A stretch of 54,506 nucleotides of DNA, taken from positions 1-54,506 of the forward strand of contig NKIB01013629.1 of NCBI GenBank assembly GCA_002256025.1, in the 5' to 3' direction. Positions 24,180 through 35,600 of this stretch are shown one piece after another (position 1 is the first letter of the stretch; each line of letters begins with the position of its first letter). This DNA comes from Asterionella formosa. Its lineage: Eukaryota. Under the pieces are notes generated by a model. It was not told the DNA's origin and did no database searches. It saw nothing but the letters and a program-made list of their open reading frames with translations. The translations under genes and the position numbers were made by a program.

Positions 24180-25225
24180 CTCCCAAGCTGTCCAAATCCA
24201 CTGAGTGACATCGTGTCACTTCACCCTCTTCATACCATGAGGATGGGCGACCATCCAGTCCTTTTAGGCATCCCTAACAATTCCTTTAAAGGGCTTATTG
24301 AACCCAACGTCCAACACCTGAAGTTTGGAGGTGTATCCTACACAAAGAAACTCCACAGCAGTGCCACAATACTTGTTTTCATTTAGGCTTGTTGAGATTG
24401 AATGCACCTGCTAGAAGTTGTCCATTCACAGGTAACTTGGTTGGCTACCATGACTGATTGTCCATGGCTCGTTAACCCATGCAATTTTCTGACAACAATA
24501 TGCCATCTGTGGGGGATAAGCAAACAGTTGATTGTTGAATTCCTCTCGCTAGATCCTGGCGTCAGGTACTCCTTTTTAAAAAAGGAGCAAGCTTCTCTCC
24601 AGACATTGAGACGCGAAAAAAACACTGTGCAGGTGCAGAAGCTGATGGGTTTGGCGTCTCAATCAGCTAGTGTGAAACTGCCCGCCATATCAATATAAAT
24701 GTTTCTCTTATCTATATTTACGATACTAGGACGATGATATGAGCCTTCATGAAACTGCGCGTTAATGTACTGAAGATACTCCTGCATGACACTCAGTACA
24801 TAGCGCGTGTTTTGCGCCTTGTGGGTGATATGATGATACATAATGTTTTGCAAGGCGCACCACCAAGCTACATGTTGTTGCATGATGGTCAACCTAACAT
24901 CATGTCATGACAAGCTTTTCAGCTCGGCAGCAAGCAACATGACTGAACATGCACAATCTTCAGTATGAAGCTGATCATATAAAAAGATGAATCGCAGCAA
25001 ATTCAGCTGAACTATTCATCCATGATTCCCTCAATGGAAAGTCTGCTTTTTCAATAACATTAAACCATCATCCAACAATAAAACTTCTACATCGGAATAT
25101 TGAATATCGAAAGCATGAAAGCTTGCCGATGCTATACGTATTTGAAAAAGCCTTGATGTTGCTGGAGAGTTCCATGCTTCATCCGTGATGCAGCGTTTTT
25201 CTTGCAAAGTCAAGAACATTCTCAT
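24180..25225 (-). mobile_element. pogo/Tigger-like (DDE_1) transposase pseudogene
   Basis: N-terminal TLQEKR.I HTH-like start, IVNIDKRNIYIDM..TLA (first catalytic Asp region) and GYTSKLQVLDVGFNKPFKG near 24283-24339. Many stops and frameshifts. Confidence 0.85.
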
Positions 25226-25441
25226 TTTTCACTTTTCGGAAACAATTATCATACTAATATTACTCAGAAAAATGCACACAATTTTTTAAGAAAATAAGCT
25301 AGTACTATCACAGCGATCCTACTAGCACTGATAAGCACCCTCTCTCACCATGGAGGAACAAGATGTATATTCACAGCTTTACCATCAACTGAGTCCGTTC
25401 CAGCGCCGCTGTCGCTACAACTTGTACAACATGCGACAAGC

Positions 25442-25720
25442 AGATGAAAGAACCACAGGAATTGACAAGAAACTCATGGAGATTGACCAAAATGACCGAG
25501 ATCCAATCAACAGCACCATTAAATTGAGTAAGGCTACTATTGAAGTTGTCCACACATCCAAATCAGATCCAGACAGACCGTTTCCGGCCCACCGTACCTA
25601 CTCAGTACATACTAAACAACAAACAGTAGATGAAAGAACCACAAGAATTGACAAGAAACTCATGGAGATAGACAAAATTAACAAAATCCATCCAACAGCA
25701 TTATTCAAATGAGGAATGCT
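25442..25720 (+). repeat. Direct repeat of ~92 bp, 186 bp apart, inside ORF 25350-25712
   Basis: AGATGAAAGAACCACA(G/A)GAATTGACAAGAAACTCATGGAGAT... at 25442 and 25628; encodes DERTT.IDKKLMEID twice. Confidence 0.85.
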
Positions 25721-26899
25721 GAGAAAATATTTAGGAAAGACACAATGAAAGAAACAAAAGAGAAGAAATAGACCAGTTTCTCAACCCAACTGCAAGACAA
25801 GTGTTATTCATGGACCTGGCTATGATGACTAATGGCAAAACAGTTTTACAAGACTCCTGCATAAGGGAGTGACCACCCCAAACCTCACCACTGCCCAACC
25901 ACTCTTTGCAGGGCCTTGGAGCGCAATGAACACAATCGTGTAGCTAGCTAGCCTAGCACTAGCTAGTGCGCTATAAAAATTATTGAAATATATAATAAAT
26001 CTTCTTAATAATCTAGAATTTGCTGAACCTGACCTCGATTTTCGGCATGTTATTCATAGAATCAAGCCCCAATTGGAATGCTTTCTCTGGACCCCACCCT
26101 TTTTTCTTTTATACCCCTTTGTTAGTCAATAGACATACTAAGAAGAAGGATTTAACACCATAACAGCGACAAGACACCGCGTAATAGTTCCATGGATTGA
26201 ATCTTGGTTTTGAAATGAGATGCCAATTCATTTATTGTAAAGTGTGAACAACCAAGAACCAAGACATTGGAGTAATCATGGGGGGGGGGGAAACAGATCG
26301 TGTTTGGGAATGAACAGCTGTTGCAATGGATAACAATCTGAGAAAGTTCATCTATTGAGTTTTAGTTTTAGCTCATAACAAGTTAAGTGTGAAATCTGTT
26401 TTCAACTTTAGTTTGGAGTCTTAAAACATATACATGGACACAGAGGGAATACTAATTTATCTACAAAATCCCTACAAAATAACAGGTGCTTAATAATGTG
26501 GCAAATGAGTGAGAAACCATAAAAACATTGAGGTCCTAGTGGGATTTTGATTTCAAATGGGATATATTGTGTTAGTGAAATTATTTTAGGAAAGAAGAAT
26601 CCCGGTATGAATTACCTACTACATATTGAATCGAATGAATTAAAAAAAGAATTTGGTACCAGAGAAATCTCAGAATTCGAAAACAATCTACTTTGCGAAT
26701 AAAACCCATATTTCTATTAAAATTCTTAGGAACAATTACAATTGATTACTGCAACATCATTGTTCATATCTACAGCCTATTTGATCCCTGACATGTCCTT
26801 ACAGGATACAAGAAAGCAATAGAGTGCTTTGGGATGCAATTTCAACATATTGGGGCATTGGACAATTTAAGCCACAAGTATTTATGGGAAAGTCTTTCC

Positions 26900-29733
26900 T
26901 TATTTCTTAACCCCAAAGCGTTCATTTGTGGCATCCAGCTTCTGAAGCTGGAAGAGTCCATAAGGAACACGTACACCGAAAATGAATGCGACAGCAAACA
27001 ACATCTTACTCAGAGGCGACGACGCAGACATTGATTTACCAAGCACAACAAGAACAGTGCCAGTTTGCATAAATAGCCCCGACATAACAGCATTCATAAT
27101 GTTCTTTTGAACAAGTCTACTACGTTGGAGTTGTCGCTCCACTTCGAGTGCTCGGACTCGAAGCTTGAAATCGCCTTTTTCCAGTCTTCTGATTGTGTCG
27201 TCAACACGCGCAGTTCTTCGAGGTTGGGTGACCGCCTGATTGATATCAATCGGTCGCAAGCCAAACCGCTTTCCAATGCGGAGCAGCGTTGTCTTGAATG
27301 CATTTCCGTCCTTCAAGTCGAGTAACTCTTTCAAATAAGGAAGCAGAATTCTTGTCATGTCATATCTTGGATTCAACGTCTTTCCGATACCATCAAGCGA
27401 AAAGAATGCGCGAAACACGAACGTCCAGGTGGGAGGGAAAATGAATGGCGTATCAGCATTAAGCGAAAGGAACTCCTCGCCCAACTCCTTCCTCCTTTGC
27501 CTGTTGATGCGCTTCCTTTCCTCTTCACTCAATGTGTTCTCCCACTTAGCATCTCGTTTCAACGTTGCCTGAAAACGGTCGATAAAGTCTTGCCCGACTC
27601 GTTCCACGGCTACTCGGTCCAGATCTGGCCCACTTCGAAGCATCCCCATACTTGCTAGAGCGTTGCAAGCAGCCTTAACATCGTTATCGTAGTAAACTGC
27701 AAAAGCGAAATCCACAAGTCCCTTTCGCTCGACAGGTCCAAACGAATCCATCATTCCAAAGTCATAGTATATCAAGCGGGCTTCGCCCTTGGGGCCAACC
27801 TCTACTGCCACATTTCCTGGATGTGGGTCACTGTGGAAGAAACCGTGTCGAAACAACTGTTCTAAGAAGGCCTCAGCGGACTTGATGGAAATATCAACTG
27901 GATCTAGTCCCGCAGCAATTATTTTTTCTTTGTCAGTTATTTTGATACCAGGGCAATACTCCATTGCCATCACTTTGTCGGTTGTATATTCTGGGTATGT
28001 CTGCGGGACCTTAATGTGTCGAAACTTGGGAACGTCAAAGTTCTTGCTGAACGAAAGTGTGAGGAACGGTATTTTAGGCTTTGGCATCCTGTACAAACTT
28101 GCTTTTGCTATCTTGCTTACCGGAACATATCACAATTTCTCATCTCATGCATGTAGTCGATCTCTTCATAGAGAAGTCGTTTATTCTCTTCGTAAACGGA
28201 AACCCAGTCCCGCTTGGTATTTTTATCTAGCAGGCCACCCTCCGTAGTTAAATCAACAGCATCTGCGAAGACAGCAAGCTGACGGAGTTGACCTAAGTCA
28301 ACAGCAAACAGTTCACGCAAGTACTGACGCTGGACTTTAATTGCAAACCGTTTATCCCCCTTTGTGGCCACGTGTACTTGTCCAAGCGATGCTGCAGCAA
28401 GCGAAGTGGTGTTGAAGGTGTCGAATAATTCACTGATTGGCTTGCCTAGCTCACGTTCGATAATCTCAACAGCGAGACTTCCTGAAAATGGAGGAACATT
28501 GTCTTGAAGAAGCTTTAGCTCCTGAATATATTCAATGGGGACGATATCGAGTCTGGTGGAAAAAAGTTGCCCAACCTTAATAAAGGTGGGTCCAAGCTTA
28601 AGCAGATTCTGAGTTATCTCGGCTCCAAGCTTGCTGCGCTCTTTAGAAAGCTGCTCACTGGAGATCTTTCCCATGTTAAACTTGTTCGCCATGCTTCGCT
28701 CCTTTATATAAAATGAGCTGAAGTACGCCCAAATTTCGGCAGATCGTCTTAGAATGGCCCACTTTTTCGCGAACGGTCCTTTCGCTGCGATTTCTCCTGT
28801 TCTTTTCCATCCTGCTTGCATGGTCTCGGCGTTTTTCAGAAAGTCGTCTGTCGATCCCTTCTTTTGCTTCTTCGGCGCAGACTTGATCACAGATGCCATA
28901 CTCCTCAAGCTTGCCAAGAGAATCATGGGAGGATATCCAACCTTTCGAATCCATCGGAGACAAAGGGCAATCGAATAGTAAAGAGGTGCGACGTCAAGGT
29001 TCTTAATAATTTCCCTCGTGCGAAGCCGACGTGATGCACCTAATGTTGAGTTGGCACCAGCGAGAATGAGCTGTTCGCGAACTTCTTTGTCCGAAGAGAC
29101 ATCGCCAACTGAATTTTCCACATCAAAGATTGGAGAGTCAGAGAATGCAAAGTCTTCAAACGGTCTGACAAAACGAGCCTCAATCTCCGCCAGTTGACGT
29201 TCTAGTTCGAGCTGCTGCGCACTCTGTATTTCATTTGTTAGATCGGCCAAATAGTTTGATAGTTCCTTCGCTGCCTCCTCTGGTAATCTCACAAGTTTCT
29301 CCTCCATCATACCCGTAAGATTCCCAAGCATATCCTTGTATCCATCGGTCACGCGTTGACTGATTTCGTCCATTAGCACCACAACATCGTCCGCTGACTG
29401 CGTCACACCTTCTACTTCAGCTCCGCTAGTCACATTCTTGGCGTTATTCACAAGTATCTCTCGGAGCTCCGAAGCGCCGTTTACACGAGGTTGATAAATT
29501 CCATTACGAGCATGCTGAATGTGGTCTATTGCCTTTTCGCCTTTACTGGCGTGCGATGTCTTTGGTTCTTTTGTTGCCCAACATTTCGTTTTGGCTCTCA
29601 AGGAAGATATTGATAGCCCGGCACTAGATATTCGCAACGATACAGACGGAGATAGCAAACCAGAGACCGCGGAATTTCGCGAAAGGAACAGGACAGTCAG
29701 CACCACAAAGGCCGACTTGGGCATTATATGCAT
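26900..29733 (-). CDS. ABC1K: ABC1/UbiB atypical kinase, plastid-targeted (ABC1K7/8-like); exons 29733-28121 and 28046-26900
   Basis: [43 protein letters not shown] and [11 protein letters not shown] motifs. Intron 28047-28120. Signal peptide ending VSG/L followed by a Ser-rich transit-like segment. Start could be 29733 or 29724. Confidence 0.93.
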
Positions 29734-32624
29734 GTTCTGACGAACTCTCACAAACTGAAGGGGAGTATCGAAGCCGTCTTTCTGATTTTGATCAAGTGTG
29801 CGCTTCTCCGACCTCTTGCTTCAATTCCCAATATTGGGTATTCGATTGATCAAATCGTCAAGATTTGCTCTCTCACTTTGAACCAACGCGGAAATTGATG
29901 TTCTAACTAAATGGACAGTGACAATTGGACTCCCGAAAAAGGTGTCCCTGATGCTGAAGCTCCCGGATTTGACAGATGGAAAAAACATCAGCACCTCTCC
30001 AAGGGAAGAACAGCCAGTACGTTTCACCAACACGCGGCACCAGCGCACCAGCACACCAGGCGGCAGCAGAACAAGCCTGTTTCTGAGTGGATGTACCGCT
30101 ACCAGGTACCGTATGCCGGTACAACAGTATCTTCCCAAATTTCCGGGTTGCCGTTGCAACATTGTGTCGTATTTACCAGCAAGTTGTGTTCATTTTGCTG
30201 AAATGGACAACATGACGCAGGACAGGCGCTCAAAGCGACTAAATACAAACCTCATCAACTCTCTCGTTGAGTCGACAGTATCATGACTTGTTTGTGACGT
30301 TGATAAATATTTCGTCTAAACACGGAAACGTCAAAATAAATCAAATGGCTGAAAAAAGAAAATGACAATGACTGGGGCAATAGAGGGGTGGCCCGAAGCA
30401 AAGGTAAGCGAGCCTTGCTTACCAACATTGCTTTATTCTCTCCAAACTCAAAATCGTTCTCCTTTTCCAGTCGAAGTGATGAAAACAACCAATAATGAAC
30501 GGTTCTATATCAATTAGGATTTGAAATATATGCATGCTAGCATCATCATAGGTAACAACTAGTGGCTACCAGGTTACCTGGTACCAGGTCGATATAATTA
30601 TTAGAGTACCAGGTACCTGGTACCACCATATTCATGCTGGTGGCTGGACTCATGCTGCAAAGGGGCACCTGGTACCAGGTACCCAAAGAAGCACTTGTAA
30701 GCGCTTGTATATACCGCTAATTATTTAACTTAGATTATTCGATTCTTTTCTTTATAAGATTTATTTACTAGAATAGCACTGTGGAGTAACTGTTTAGTCA
30801 TCATGAGCGGCTGGAGTATGCATGGTGCATCATATGGTTTCAGCCAGACCATGACAAAATCAACAAATATCTCCGTGAAAAATGAGAGCGACGCTTTCCT
30901 ATTTGGTATAATATTGTAAGCACAATATAGAAAATACAGTTGTAAAAGAACAGTTGTAATGACTCTAATATTGACAACGAAAATTGAAAAAGCCAATAGC
31001 GCATCTTTTTAATGAAATTTTTATAGATTCACCATTCACAACAATGATGCTATCAGCAGATTTGACACTTTCACAGTAGCTGTAAAACAACTCAGACGAC
31101 TAAACAATAAAATGATTAATTAAAGCAAAAGATGTCAAACAAGTTATGTATTAGCTTAGATATGATTGCATGTATCAATGCCGCAAAAAAGGATGCATTG
31201 TGATAAGGGAATGATGGAAGTGTGATAGCGATGAGATTTCAAAATTGTTTGTTTGCCAGTAAAAGTACCAGCAGGCCTATAGTGGTGCAATGTGGCTGGT
31301 GCAGCAATGACATGACATCATTTAGGGGTCATTTTAAATATTTTCGTTGCACATGAGCACCTGTTCAATATTCATCTCCAAGGTTGCATCATGCATATCA
31401 ACATGCAAAAATGAAAGAAAAGCTCACCAAGTGTGATGGGTGAAATCGGTTGCTGGTTGTTGCTATCCATATCATGTAATTGCTTTTTATTCTACTAACC
31501 AATGAACTCAACAATCAACCTTTGCTGCACCGCAGCCTTTGGAGAATTTTTATTGGAGAAACTAGGTATGGAGACTGTGGATTCCAAAAAGTGATTAATT
31601 CTGCATTGAAAAAACCTAAATGAAGTCTTTGATGCTGCTCCTAAATTCTCTATTCCCAGCCAATTTTCTTTGGATGGCTTCTACATTTTGTCAGACCTTC
31701 TGCTGTATTCCACATTGCCATAATCGCAGCTGTTTATACCTGTTTATACAGTTATGTGTGTCGACAAGGCAATAGAACTGATGCTGTGAATTAATGAGGC
31801 ACAAATCCACCAGAAGGTACTCTAAGAGGCAAAGAGCAGCATGCAAAACTGTGCAGCATAGCTCTCTATAAATCTTGGCCCAACTTTTCTGTGGGGTTGC
31901 AACCTTGGCTGGCTGCATTGCCAAGAGTGTCCATGAATCTTCACCTTAAAAGGAATGGTGAGCACATCGAAAATAACCATCTCTCTCATTGGTGGATTCA
32001 CTTTGAACCTTCCTTGAAAAACCTGAAATGAGCTCTTATGCAACCATTTGAGCTCATTTCAAGCTGCCCATGCGCCTGTGTGGTGTCAAGAGCATTCATG
32101 TCAAGGCAACCATGGCTGGGTTGGCATACATTCATCCCATGGCGAGAAATTGATGAGTGGCTGCTTGGATGGGTTTTAGGTATATAAATATATTCAGTTT
32201 GTATATACCTATATGTGCATTCAATTATGTGGGTCAGTCTACATTTTTCTGGAAAATACCAGCACATGCTGTGTAGCGTCTACGGAAAACCAGTCTTTGG
32301 CTGAACTAGCTGTAGGAGTTGGTACATGGTACTAGGGGTACCCGGTTCTTTGCGTTTAGCGATGACAAAAATAAGCAACAAATCCTCTGGTGCCTGAACC
32401 ATCAACGGAGGATGGTGATGACCTCATGCTCTCCTGTTGCGTAAGTTCAACGGAGTAGCAATACCGATATGCATGTATCGTTGTTAACTACGCAACATAA
32501 TGCCTGCACATGGATGGTATCTGGTACCAGGGTACCAGGTACTCTATGTTATATCTCCCGGTAAATGCTTTCAATCAAACAAAATTCGTGTTGGCAAAAC
32601 AGGAATGCTTTTGTTGGATGATTA

Positions 32625-35600
32625 ATGCCTACTATGTTTTCTTGGTTCTCGACTAAGGCACCCCCAGTAGATATAGAAAAGCGAGACGACGATGTAAACC
32701 AAAAAGAATCCGAGATCGGCTGTGGAAATGACGGACTTACCACTGAAGGAAATGCCATTCCGACGAGTTACAGCAACGCGGAATCTGCCACCGATGTTCA
32801 AGAAAGCAGCTCTGATAATATCATGCATGGATCAGTGGAGACAAATGACGAGCAAGAAATTCCACCACCGAAGAAGGTCGGTGAATATCTGCCTCAAGGG
32901 CGAATGCAAATCGACAACAGCATCGTTGCGACGCACAAGGGCCAAGATGCAACTCAGAGCGTCGATGGGACGATGACGAAGGACTCATCCAAGTCAACGG
33001 AAGCAGTAAATTCAAAAAACACGTTTTCTTCGGAAGGCAACTGTGACAACACACCACCATTGGGCATGAAATTAGAATCCCTTCATGCCGTTCAGAATCG
33101 CAATTCTCCTTCAAATATCGGATATGTGGACAAAGAAGACTTCCTCGTAAGTCTTGATCTAATGCTCTCCGACAGCTTGGTTTCATCGCAAAAGGAACCC
33201 GTGATATCTGATACTCATTTACAAATTGCTGCTAGTGAAGCAAAAACTCCATCAAATCTTGCGAAGGAAAGCCTTGCACATATTCTGGTATCTGGGCCTA
33301 TAGAAGAGCGCGACTGTTCTTATCCTCCTGGGGTTGTGAGAAGTTATCAGAATGAAAATCAAAAAATATCGACAAGTAATGACGATCACGGCTTCAGAAA
33401 TGAAACTCTTAGTACTGAAAATGCAACAACAACGGAAGAGATCTCGAATCGCTCAGATTTGCATTCCATTGACCGACAGAATCAAGAGAAGGCGCAAAGA
33501 ACGGAGCATCGAACATACGATTTTTCATCGATGAGAAGGTTATCGAAGCAAGACGAAACATCAGTCGAATCACCTAGTGAATCCGAGAAGCCGAGCCTGA
33601 GTATTGGCCCCGTTTCGCCGTTAACAAGCAAGAAGACCACCAAGCTTTCGAACGAACGGCTAAGTGAAGTTACCAGTTGGACTGTGGACAAAGAGTCTTC
33701 CTTATTTCTGGATAATGAACAGCATGATTTAGACTTTGAATCATTGGAATCGAAAAGGGAGTCAATGGCAGCTGTGCATCCGAACGATGAATCCATTCAA
33801 TCCCTTGATTGGGATAATCAAGCACATTTGAAAAGCCCTGATGGTGAACATGAAAAGTCAGGCAACACGAGAATACCCGAAATCTCGAGCAATAACGGCA
33901 CACTATGGTCTTTCATAGGTGTCAAAATGGTGAAGGGTGGCGAGGATAGTAAACCAAATACGATAAGTCATGCAGACAGTGAAACTGTCGTGACAAACAA
34001 TAGAAGCTCGGACAATTTTGACGTCAACGACGTAAGCGCCACCATGCCAGGTAAATCACCTACATGTATGGTCCACAGTGCCCTGGCTGTTGAACATCCT
34101 CACGTCACAAGTAGGAAGTTCGAACGAGTGGACGAATCAGGAATGCTTGGAATTGGCGAAGATGGAGAAGTCATCGGCCCTGACAAAGATGGCGACTCTT
34201 CATCGATTGCCTATGACTTTCTTGTTGACGATAGAATCCTTGCAAAAACCCTTTTCATCTACGAATCAATGACAGAAGAAGACGGAATACTGCTAGAATC
34301 CTTTAGGCGTGTTGAAAATGGCCCTGTTGAAAGTAACAAGACAACGTGTCAAGTTGTAATGGAAAATTCCTCTATTACACAACTGAAGAAAATTCGATCA
34401 TCGCCTGGCCGCGAAACGTCCCACGAAAGCCAGGCCTTATTTGACATCCTAGATCGGGATTTTGCCACCGTCAGTGCCAGAGTAACGGTGTCGATTGGAG
34501 GCCACGGTGATATGAGGAGAGCAATGACCGCTGAGGATGTGAAACTTTGTTTTGTTGCCTTCGTCAACTGTTTTACTCCTCCAAGCAAGAGCCATTTTGC
34601 TCAGGAGTACAACTATGATGTCGACAGTGGACATGATTCAACTGCTCAGGACGATTATGGATCATCATTTAGAAGCCACGAGTCTGAGAGCTCACGGAAC
34701 GAACATACAAGTCCAGACCAGTTTTCCCGTCCTTTTGTTCCTGCTCATGTTGTCAACGCCCTGTGGAAGGATGTCATCAAGTGTAGATTCCTTGACGACA
34801 ATAATATCAACAAAGGATTTGCGAAGAAGATTGAATCTGCGCCTGATGAGGCATTTTCGTCGGCTTTGTCCTTCCTCCGAGACACATTAGTCCTTCTTGG
34901 TGTACTAGATGTGAGGAAAGTTGCTGTTAGCGCAAGACATGCCAGCAATGAGGCATTGATACGCAGCACAAGTGATGTGTTTCATTTTTCAACGACAGGA
35001 GTTGAAAGGCGAGAAGATCTAGAGGAAGTCATCTCTGTTCATCAAGACATTCATCAAGAGTACGGTGAATACATGATAAGTATGGGACACCCCGACGCAC
35101 TTCACCAACTTGTCGCAAAATACGAAAAGCGATGGAATTCTGTGATTTCCGATGCCTGTATTCCAAATTCAGGCAACCGCAACGAAGCCAGCTATGCAGT
35201 ACAGATATTACCTTGGACTACAATACGAGCCAATCGTTTTCAGGAGGGTGCTGCACTGCTCGCGGACAAAAAATTCATTCATGGTCGTTTGCAGGCGCTT
35301 GGGATTCTCGAAGGCACCACCGCACAAGTTACTGACGCTGAAGAGTTAATAATGAAATTTTTCGAGAACAAGAAGGATCTCCTTGCCTTTGTCGTTTTCA
35401 ATCCTGATAATTGCATGGTTGATGCATACGAAAAGACTAAAAAAGCTATTCTGCGCCAAGTATCAGAAGCGGAGGAAATGGGACAAGGTAGCTACGACAT
35501 GCAAGGAGACACAGTTCATGCAAGGCAGCTCAGGAAACTTAGAAGGGAGGCCGGAATGGCTCTTCATCTAATGGGTGTATCAATTGGAAATCAGGGCTTT

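Noticed and set aside
31400..32280. hAT-like transposase remnant
   Set aside because: It looks like decayed coding DNA, but I cannot recover diagnostic motifs.
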